From: Eledone cirrhosa
Taxonomy: Eukaryota
Length of the DNA: 31,302 nt
Direction of reading: 5' to 3'
Assembly: GCA_964016885.1 (NCBI GenBank)
Contig: CAXHJY010001383.1
Coordinates: forward strand, 1 to 31,302
Shown: positions 22,556 through 31,302 of the stretch, piece after piece
How the letters are laid out: every line of letters starts with the position of its first letter
Position numbering within the stretch: position 1 is the first letter of the stretch
Position numbers and translations under genes: made by a program
Notes under the pieces: model-generated
Told to the model about the DNA's origin: nothing
The model's database searches: none
Seen by the model: only the letters and a program-made list of their open reading frames with translations

Positions 22556-22628
22556 TAGGCTGCTCAGCCGTTAATTTTCATAAGGAAAGTATATACTTTC
22601 GAACGTTCAACTATCTGGCAGATGGGTA

Positions 22629-22673
22629 AACGGTGCTGATGATAGCTAACAAGCTTGAAACTAGTACATCGTT
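22629..22673 (+). ncRNA. Type I hammerhead ribozyme, copy 3
   Basis: CTGATGA at 22636-22642 and GAAA at 22657-22660; helix I AACGGTG/CATCGTT, helix II AGCT/AGCT; GUA triplet with predicted cleavage after 22666. Confidence 0.85.
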
Positions 22674-23096
22674 CCTGTGTCAGTGTTGAACAAAAAGGTG
22701 ACGTGGTTGCCTTAACACCGTATGGCATAAATTCAGGCTGTTCAGTTTGTTTTCAAACGAACAAAGCGACGTTAGCGCCGCTAAACTGATACGTGCATAT
22801 ATGTATGTGTACCTGTATGCATATGTATATATATATGTATATATATATATATATATGTGCATGCTACTGTACGTCTGTATACATATATGTATGTACGTAT
22901 ACATGCATACTTACATTTAAGTAAGTGCCATACTAAGAGTGAGAAATGAAATTTCGTTTTCATTTTGTTTCAATTTATCGTTTTCGGTATGCCTGACCGA
23001 TTTAACTCACTCAATATGCAAATTAGGCTGCTCAGCCGTTAATTTTCATAAGGAAAGTATATACTTTCGAACGTTCAACTATCTGGCAGATGGGTA

Positions 23097-23141
23097 AACG
23101 GTGCTGATGATAGCTAACAAGCTTGAAACTAGTACATCGTT
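23097..23141 (+). ncRNA. Type I hammerhead ribozyme, copy 4
   Basis: Identical core 468 bp after copy 3; predicted cleavage after 23134. Confidence 0.85.
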
Positions 23142-23375
23142 CCTGTGTCAGTGTTGAACAAAAAGGTGACGTGGTTGCCTTAACACCGTATGGCATAAAT
23201 TCAGGCTATTCAGTTTGTTTACAAACGAACAAAGCGACGTTAGCGCCGCTAAACTGATACGTGCATATATGTATGTGTACCTGTATGCATATGTATATAT
23301 ATATGTATATATATATATGTGCATGCTACTGTACGTCTGTATACATATATGTATGTACGTATACATGCATACTTA

Positions 23376-24254
23376 TATATATATATACATCTATATATAT
23401 ATATATATATACATCTATCTATATATATATATACATCTATCTATCTATATATATACATCTCTCTATATATATATACATACATCTCTCTATATATATATAC
23501 ATACATCTCTCTATATATATACATCTATCTCTCTATATATATACATCTATCTCTCTATATATATACACATCTATCTATCTATATATATATACATCTATCT
23601 ATCTATATATATATATATACATCTATCTATCTATATATATATACATCTATCTATCTATATATATATACATCTATCTATCTCTATATATATACATCTATCT
23701 ATCTATATATATATACATCTATCTATCTATATATATATACATCTATCTATCTATATATCTATTGAGGATTTTGTTAAAAATTTTATTTTTTGTTATATCT
23801 TATTTTATTTTTATATTTTGTTATTGCCTCCTCCTTATTGAGGACGCCTTTTTGTGTAAACTCCCCCCTTTGTACTTGTCCCACTTTTGATGCCCTAGTG
23901 GCAAATAAAAGAAACTTATCTATCTATATATACATCTATCTATCTATATATACATCTATCTACATCTATCTATATATATATACATCTACATCTATCTCTA
24001 TATATATACATCTACATCTATCTATATATATATACATCTACATCTATCTATATATATATACATCTACATCTATCTATATATATATATACATCTATCTATC
24101 TATATATATATATACATCTATCTATCTATATATATACATCTATCTATCTATATATATATATACATCTATCTATCTATATATATATATACATCTATCTATC
24201 TATATATATATATACACATCTATCTATATATATATATATATATACACATCTATC

Positions 24255-24285
<31 letters not shown>

Positions 24286-24772
24286 CTATCTATATATATA
24301 TATATATACACATCTATCTATATATATATATATATATACACATCTATCTATCTATATATATATATACACATCTATCTATATATATATATATATATACATC
24401 TATCTATATATATATATACATCTATCTATATATATATATACATCTATCTATATATATATATACATCTATCTATCTATATATATATATACATCTATCTATA
24501 TATATATACACATCTATCTATATATATATATACATCTATCTATATATATATATACATCTATCTATATATATATATACATCTATCTATATATATATATACA
24601 TCTATCTATATATATATATACATCTATCTATATATATATATACATCTATCTATATATATATATACATCTATCTATATATATATATACATCTATCTATATA
24701 TATATATACATCTATCTATATATATATATACATCTATCTATATATATATATATATACATCTATCTATATATA
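23376..24772. repeat. (ATCT)n/(AT)n microsatellite interrupted by LINE copy 4
   Basis: Direct inspection; regular ~22 bp unit ACATCTATCT(AT)n after 24400. Confidence 0.95.
23759..23916 (+). mobile_element. Tx1/L1-clade LINE copy 4 (last ~160 bp of 3'UTR)
   Basis: Nearly identical to 20077-20234; ends AATAAAAGAAACT-TATCTAT. Confidence 0.9.
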
Positions 24773-25079
24773 TTCATCCATCTGTAACCAGGTAACTTTA
24801 TGCCTTCCAATAATTCCATTTGCACGCTATCTCTCAATGTATATATATGTGCGTATATATATGTATACGTGTGTATATACACGAATTTGAGATGGAGAAG
24901 GGGGACTAATTTCAAGAATTGGTGTGTCTATAATATCCCTATTAAAATCATATCCTATAAATATATATATGTTATGATACCTTAACTTGATGTATGTGTA
25001 TGTATGTATGTGTATATATATATATATAAATAGGAAAAGATCCCCCCCCCCCCCTTTGGTCACAAATGACCATAGTATT

Positions 25080-25378
25080 TACACTTCTAAGGCACAACTC
25101 CAGGCAAGGTGTTTTTTTTGTGTGGAAGCTCAGCAGTCACCCATGTGCATACAAGGCTCGCCTCTCCATGTCTCTGATGTTATCCAAGGGAAAGGCAATG
25201 GCTGATATAGTTTGGCACAAGTGACGTCGTAACGCGATATCTACAGCTGATTGAACTGGAGCAACATGAAATAAAGTGTCTTGCTCAAGGACACAATGCA
25301 TTGCCCAGTCCAGGAATTGAACTCACAACGTCACAATTGTGAATCTGACAATCTAACCACTAAGCGCCGTACCTCCAA
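25080..25378 (-). mobile_element. tRNA-derived SINE
   Basis: Minus strand GCTTAGTGGTTAG...GAGTTCAATTCC then CCTTGAGCAAGACACTTTATTTCA; same family as 15215-15351. The 3' boundary is approximate. Confidence 0.8.
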
Positions 25379-25396
25379 CTGATATATATATATATA

Positions 25397-25652
25397 TTGT
25401 ACTTTGGGAGGGTCTTGCTGCCAATAAAAACACACAAAGACAAGAGGGTTTAAAATAGAACAAAGAGGAGACACAAAGTAACAAAGGTAGTCACCGAAGA
25501 GGTCACAGTTTGTGTGACGAAAGTGCTTTGACAATCTACAACTAAACAACCATCTGGTTGTTAAACTAACTGACAGGAAATTATAATAAATTGAAATGAA
25601 ACTCATCTGGTATGTGTGTTTTTATTGGCTGCATGACCCTACCAAAGTATAA
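25397..25652 (+). mobile_element. Element with 40 bp inverted ends and a degenerate hammerhead (Penelope-like remnant)
   Basis: 25397-25436 is the inverse of 25613-25652 with 4 mismatches; internal GGTAGTCA-CCGAAGA-GGTCACA..TGTGAC-GAAA-GTGCTT-TGACAATC. Confidence 0.65.
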
Positions 25653-25778
25653 CGATATCTGTTTCAAGACACATTTTCACATAAACATTCTTAGATGTGA
25701 AAAGGAAAAAGGAAAACAGTGTTCAATCGGGAAGAGAGGAGAAATATAGTAGTTATTTATGTTCATAAATGGAACAAT

Positions 25779-25978
25779 GGTGCTATCTAAGGTTTCAAGT
25801 CCCAAATTTGACCATAACTCCAGAAAACAAGAGGCATCAAAATAATAGCCTTTCTTCAGGCACAAGTTTATAAAATCTTATAAACTCATATTAATGTCTG
25901 AAGAAAGGTCACTATTTTGACGCCTCTTGTATTCTGGAGACATGGTCAAATTTGGGACTTGAAACCTTAGGTAGCACC
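25779..25978. repeat. Inverted repeat with ~84 bp arms, each resembling a hammerhead with a long helix II
   Basis: 25779-25862 pairs with 25895-25978; each arm reads CTGAAGA...GAAACCTTAG(G/A)TAGCAC. Confidence 0.75.
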
Positions 25979-25989
25979 TAAACATGGTC

Positions 25990-26333
25990 TTTTCTTCACC
26001 CATTCCTGCGAGGGTCGTGGAAGCAGAGTCCTCAAACATTCCCTCCTGGGGATCCCGTCAGAAGCAACTGTCTCCAACTCATCCAGCTGGATCCCCAAGC
26101 ATGACCATCCAAGCTCATAGATGTTATCCAACCATCTTGCTCGTGGTCTACCCCTGGGTCTCCTACCTGTTTGTTTCGCCCGTAAAATCTGTCTAGCAAT
26201 TCTTTCCTGAGACATTCTACCCACAGTATTGGAGCTGTGATCTCTCAATTCAGAGACTTAGCAGCTCTACCTGGGTGACTCTCTGATCTCAAGCTACACA
26301 CTTTATCAAGTAACATTACTCCAAAGACCCTTA
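25990..26333 (-). mobile_element. RTE-clade LINE C-terminal fragment
   Basis: RMSQERIARQILRAKQTGRRPRGRPRARWLDNIYELGWSCLGI...LLPRP. Confidence 0.8.
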
Positions 26334-26342
26334 ACTAATATA

Positions 26343-26377
<35 letters not shown>

Positions 26378-26624
26378 TATATAGTGCCTGCAGTGTGAAG
26401 ACCACTAAACAAATCAGAGCAGTACTTGATGCATGGTGAGATGCAGAGTGGGTATATTATTAACTAGAAATGCGCAACCGGTAAAAACTTAAAACTAAAT
26501 ACTAACCAATACTTATTACTAATTTTTACTTATTCCTAATTAAACTATTTTTCACTGGGAACAGTTTGTCAGCATTTTCTTTTCCATTTTCCAATATATC
26601 ACAACTCGTGTGTTACACCTCTAT

Positions 26625-26689
<65 letters not shown>

Positions 26690-26692
<3 letters not shown>

Positions 26693-26879
26693 CGAAGGAA
26701 ATGTGGTAAGGAACCAGGTGGACCATAACGCACCAAAGTACTCAATACTTGAGGTAGTAGAGTGGGTAATGGGAACCAGTAAGACCCAGACAGCTGAGCT
26801 CAAGCCGTTTCGACGGCTAATTCTGGACAGAATTAGCCGTCGAAACGGCTTGAGCTCAGCTGTCGGGGTCTTACTGGTT

Positions 26880-26883
<4 letters not shown>
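26690..26883 (-). mobile_element. ~195 bp fold-back element in (TA)n, copy A
   Basis: 54 bp arms at 26772-26825 and 26828-26881 with a 2 nt loop, plus an 80 bp unpaired tail; homologous to 30421-30620. Strand is assigned by treating the tail as the 3' end. Confidence 0.8.
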
Positions 26884-26918
<35 letters not shown>

Positions 26919-27078
26919 CACTGCAGTGAGGGTATATTAATGAGGTAGAGGAATATATATATATATATTCTACTCACTATATCAAGACATTTGACAGCTC
27001 TCGCTTGCAATGACTTTTTTTCTGACAGAATGAGAAAATAGGGGGGGGGGGGTCTGTTTCTTTTTAAAATCCAAGATG

Positions 27079-27111
<33 letters not shown>

Positions 27112-27639
27112 TGCAGTTAAAAGAAAAAAGGAGGATTTCTTTGTCAGAGATGAGCTCAGGTAAATTTAAAGAGCCAGTCATTCTAGATGTATTTAGATTT
27201 TCACAGGCTTCTTTCTTTCTTTCTATTCATTCACCTGTGTTTCTACAAAGCCCTGTATGTTTTATCTGAACTAAATATACCCGACATACATAAATGTGTG
27301 TGTGTCTGTGTCTGTGTATATATATATATATATTTGTATATATATATAGTTGTGTGTGTGTGTATATATATATATTTGTGCACGTGTGTGTATGTTCGTG
27401 TGTGTGTGTTAACAGTCAGGAGACATGAAATAGTTGAAAATGCCTTAAGTAACTGGAAGCTATGAGGCATGACACAGGCACATAAAAAGATAGAGGTGAT
27501 TATTATAATACCTTGTGTATATAAACATCCAATGTGTTGTGTATGTATAAATAGTATATGTATGTGGTTGTGTTCTGATACAGCTTTCCTCAATAGTAGC
27601 AAGAGTTATTACAGTCATAGAATGAAGCCATATATATAT

Positions 27640-27775
27640 CTGTGTGTCCTGGGTTCAATAGGGGGTAACCACAGTAAGTAACTTACTCAATACATTAGTA
27701 GAGTGTAAATATAATGTTTAATATAGAAATGGCTTCTACAGGACTAGAACTGTTTCATTCAAAAGAAATCATGCA
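27640..27775 (-). mobile_element. Short dispersed repeat fragment, possibly a Penelope-like 3' end
   Basis: TTCTACAGGAC.AGAACTGTTTCATTC is shared with 14137-14163; minus strand reads ATGA-TTTC-TTTT-GAAT-GAAAC-A-GTTC. Confidence 0.45.
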
Positions 27776-27822
27776 TGGTCCTTCATAATTTCTTAATTAG
27801 CAACAAGGTCTTGTATATATAG

Positions 27823-28240
27823 TACAGTAAACATTATAAACAGAGGTTATATTACATGTGGGGCTGGACAGAATGTTGTAATACAGTAACATTATAAATA
27901 TAGGGGTTACATTACATGTGAGACTAGACAATGTTATATCATAGTCGGTGGATTGGCAGTATCGGTAGAGGGTCGGACGCCATGCTTTGACGCATAGAGT
28001 TACGGCCCTTGCCATTCTGAGTTCAAATCTCGCCGAGGTTAACTTTGTCTTTCATCCTTACGGGGTCGATAAAATAAAGTACCAGTAACACACTGAGTAA
28101 TTGCTGGCCTTGTGCCAAAAGTAGAAACAGTTATATCATAAACAGGGGTTACATTACATGTGGAGTTGGACACAATGTAATACAGTAACATTATAAACAG
28201 AGAGGATTACAATACATGTGGGGCTGGATAAGGTTATATC
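27823..28240. repeat. Degenerate ~58 bp minisatellite interrupted by a SINE
   Basis: Four copies of TAAACAGGGGTTACATTACATGTGGGGCTGGACA-like sequence, three preceded by TACAGTAACATTA. Confidence 0.8.
27944..28129 (+). mobile_element. tRNA-derived SINE with 11 bp TSD
   Basis: TGGCAGTATCGG (A-box-like), GAGTTCAAATCTC (B box), core CTTTCATCCTTACGGGGTCGATAAAATAAAGTACCAGT. GTTATATCATA at 27933-27943 and 28130-28140. Confidence 0.85.
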
Positions 28241-28584
28241 GAGCAAGAAAGTTTTTACAAAATGCAGATCAAATTTCATAACACTTGAAATAAATATAAA
28301 ATTATTATAAAACAAAAACTAACGCAAGATATCCAGCTATACCTCTTTCTCACTTCTATTCTTTCACTCTCTCCTTCTCTGAAGGAAATAAGCTGTATGC
28401 AGTTCTGGAGAGAGATGGGCTCAACCAGGTTCTAAAATGCCCTAGAAACGCCATATGTCAATATGGTGTTCCGACAACTCGTGAGTTAAACGGGTTCATA
28501 TTCTACCATACCATAGGGACCCACTAGTTAGGTCCTGTTAGAAAACCCCATATTTCTGCCTATCTACTATATCTTATATGTTTG

Positions 28585-28820
28585 TCGGAGATAAGCTGGC
28601 TTCTCTCACTCTCTCAACATAAACACACACCGTACATTATATATTTTTCGGGGATAATGCCTCTCTCGCACCATACATTCTTTCTTGGAGATAAGCCCCT
28701 TTCACCATACATATATTTCTCTTTGTCTATCTATCGTCATACATTATATAATTCCTGGGGTTAAGCCTTTCTCTCTCTCGCGCCATACATTATAATATTT
28801 CTCGACGATAAGCCTCACCC
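28585..28820. repeat. Degenerate minisatellite (CATACATTATA..TTTCT..GGAGATAAGCC)
   Basis: Five GATAAGCC-like motifs at irregular ~40-70 bp spacing. Confidence 0.55.
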
Positions 28821-29724
28821 CTACTATCTCAGACAAGACAATGCAACAACGTGCTTCTAATAAGAAGCCTTGGTTGGCGTATGATGATCGCTCGGATAAA
28901 TATTGACTGGGAACATGCAATGTGCGTGACCGTATGGAAGAGCAATGGAATTGATGGATGAAATAGCAACACATCCCAGTATCAGACACCAGGGAATATG
29001 GTGTGGAGTAACTTGCTTAAGCCTTTCGTTATATTTCTAATGAAAGACAGTTTATGATTTTCAAATAATTTTGAAAACAATCGATTATTTGAAGTGGTTT
29101 AGTAATACAAAGGCAGTTTCATGTGGTCTGGTATCAACCTCACATATTGCTAGTAGCAGGAAAATCTTCCTCAAATCACGGGTTACTATTTTATTTTTTA
29201 TACAAAAGCTAATGTACTCCTAAATTTATACTATGGTTGAATAAAAGGAGCGATAATCACGGCTGGAGTATTTTTATTAGGGTTGCCAACAACACATACG
29301 AACTAAGGACAAGACAGAACATTCTAGTTCCAAATTCAGATCGAACCAAAATTGTTTTATCATACTTTATCTTCCATCAAAGATCGATGAGTTAGTAATC
29401 ATACGCACATTATAGACATACATAATCACACATACATATACAGATACACACATGCAGATAATTATACACATACACACCCAATACAGACAGACACACACAT
29501 ACATAAACATGCATAGACACACACATACATGCACCGACACACGCATATTTGTTTTCTTTATCAATGCCATGTAATCGCAGAAAGTACACAAACACATCTT
29601 TTCTTTATTAAGGCCCAGTAATCACAGATCATAAGAAAACTCTAGAGTACCAAAAGTCAAACTTGGCCATGAAAATATCTCTACTACGGTATGAGTACTC
29701 ATTCCTGCTACAGCCAATATTTAG

Positions 29725-29918
29725 CGGATATGTGTATGTGTGCCTATCTGTGTGTGTACGTACCTATGTACGTGTATGTGTATGTGCCTATGTACATGTG
29801 CATGTGCCTATGTGCGTGTGTATGTGTATGTGCCTATGTACGTGTGTATGTGCGTGCGTGTGCCTATGTGCGTGTGTATGTGTATGTGCGTGCGTGTGCC
29901 TATGTGTGTGCGCGTGTA
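29725..29918. repeat. GT-rich compound repeat with recurring GTGCCTATGT
   Basis: Direct inspection. Confidence 0.8.
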
Positions 29919-30391
29919 AAAACATTTAAATCGACACAACCCCTGTCGCAGGAAAGAGTTGATCTCACAACACCAAAGTCCAAAGATGTCTTACCGAGGC
30001 ACGAAGTTCAGAATGTGGAAATAAGCATGGACCAGTTGCATTGCTATGTTTTGTTGTTTTGTTTTACTATAATGTGACATGGTTTTAACTGGGAATCGAA
30101 ACCATATATAGCATATATATATATATATTAGAATGGAAGGCGAAAGAAAGACTACACTTTGATCTTAGCTAAAAGGCCGGACACCACCAGATAATAACGA
30201 CAGCAACATCTACAACGAGGAAACTACTATGTGGTCTCAAGATATGCTAGACCTAGTAGCTAAATCACCCTCTAATTACACCTAACACCGTCAAAGGACA
30301 GGGGCACATCTCTCTCTCTCATATTTATATATGAATAAAATTAGTCCTTCATCAGTGATCTTCCAGCCTTCATTGGTATTTCTTCGCTTTG

Positions 30392-30420
<29 letters not shown>

Positions 30421-30423
<3 letters not shown>

Positions 30424-30618
30424 GGAACAAGTATGACCCCGACAGTAGAGCTCAAGCCGTTTCGACGGCTAATTCTGGACGAGTCCAGAATTACCGTCGA
30501 AACGGCTTGAGCTCTGCCGTCGGGGTCATACTTGTTCCTATTACCCACTCTACTACCCTAAGTATTGAATACTTTGGTGCGTTATGGTCCATCTGGTTCC
30601 TTACCACATTTCTTTCGT

Positions 30619-30620
<2 letters not shown>
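30421..30620 (+). mobile_element. ~200 bp fold-back element, copy B (opposite orientation to copy A)
   Basis: Arms at 30421-30480 and 30483-30541 with a GA loop; tail 30542-30620 is the inverse of 26690-26768. Confidence 0.8.
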
Positions 30621-30657
<37 letters not shown>

Positions 30658-30817
30658 GTTTAGCCCCAGGTAGATGCTGACCTGATTAATCTAGGATAGG
30701 TGTTTCGGACATGACACACATGAGTGTGTGCATTCGTGTGAGCGTGAGCATACGTGTGTGTGTGTCAAACACCTTCGATCATAGATTAATCAGGTCAGGT
30801 TTTCCCTGAGGCTAAAC
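30658..30817. repeat. Short inverted-repeat element (MITE-like, or two inverted repeat tails)
   Basis: GTTTAGCCCCAGG..CTGACCTGATTAATCTA pairs with TAGATTAATCAGGTCAG..CCTGAGGCTAAAC; inner GGTGTTT/AAACACC also pairs. Confidence 0.65.
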
Positions 30818-30949
30818 AACAACAAACTCCAAAGAAAGGACACATTAGCTAATGTAGCCCTACACAGTCATAAAAAGATGAGGTGGTCACTACTGGAATG
30901 TTTTTTATCTGGGACTAAAATACGTAGAAAATAGCTGCCACAAAGCAAC

Positions 30950-31140
30950 TAGGGAGAGAAACGGAGACTAGCGAGAGAAAGAGAAAAGTGAGGAACAGAG
31001 ACTATATATATAGAGAGAGAGAGTGAGGGAGGGACAGAAACTAGAGAGAGTGAGTGATGGATTGGGACTAAAGAGAATGAAAGTAAATGAGAGAGAAAGA
31101 GGGAGAAAAGAGAGAGAAAGAGGGAGAAAAAAGAGAGACT
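30950..31140. repeat. GA-rich low-complexity tract
   Basis: Direct inspection. Confidence 0.75.
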
Positions 31141-31302
31141 GCTATGACAAGTGCTCTGTGGGTGATGTATGTGAGTGTGTATGTGATTATAAATATGTAT
31201 GTATTGTACTATATACATATGTATTTATACGTATATATATTAATAAGTACACACGCACACATACAAACACGTATATGCATATATACGTGTTTATATATCA
31301 AC

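Larger units (their letters stand above)
21059..23375. mobile_element. Hammerhead-containing 462-468 bp tandem repeat (non-LTR retrozyme-like), arranged as an inverted array
   Basis: Units recur at 462 bp spacing (21131/21593/22055). Orientation flips at 22282 and the period is then 468 bp. Four identical hammerhead cores; no real ORF. Confidence 0.88.

Noticed and set aside
21131-23366. Repeated 60-83 aa ORFs in the tandem array
   Set aside because: Short, mostly crossing TA tracts, with no protein motif; the conserved feature is RNA structure.
21059-23375. CRISPR array, or snRNA/tRNA gene cluster
   Set aside because: Whole units are repeated with no unique spacers, and no recognisable snRNA, tRNA or 5S sequence is present.
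28240-30300. Host exons in the less repetitive region
   Set aside because: No ORF with a recognisable motif; small exons cannot be excluded without transcript data.
30340-30365. CTGATGA on the minus strand as another hammerhead
   Set aside because: No helix II or GAAA follows before the sequence turns into microsatellite.

Overview
Repeat-dense animal genomic DNA with no recognisable host gene. The SINE types and extreme TA/CA microsatellite load suggest a coleoid cephalopod such as Octopus (inference). About half the window is compound microsatellite, which explains all the long YI/CV/HT ORFs. The rest is retroelement sequence: a decayed CR1-group LINE, RTE remnants, tRNA-derived SINEs and four same-strand Tx1/L1-clade LINE copies. 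Those four all end at TATCTAT inside (ATCT)n tracts, two have diagnostic target-site duplications, and one keeps a 1007-codon open ORF2. The main discovery is at 21059-23375: a 462-468 bp tandem repeat carrying four identical minimal type I hammerhead ribozymes (retrozyme / satellite-2-like) and an octamer motif. It is arranged as a ~1.1 kb-arm head-to-head palindrome that folds back 7 nt from the predicted cleavage site. Further short fold-back elements, two with degenerate hammerheads, lie at 25.4-26.0, 26.7 and 30.4 kb, suggesting a Penelope-like, ribozyme-linked fold-back insertion system that uses TA tracts.
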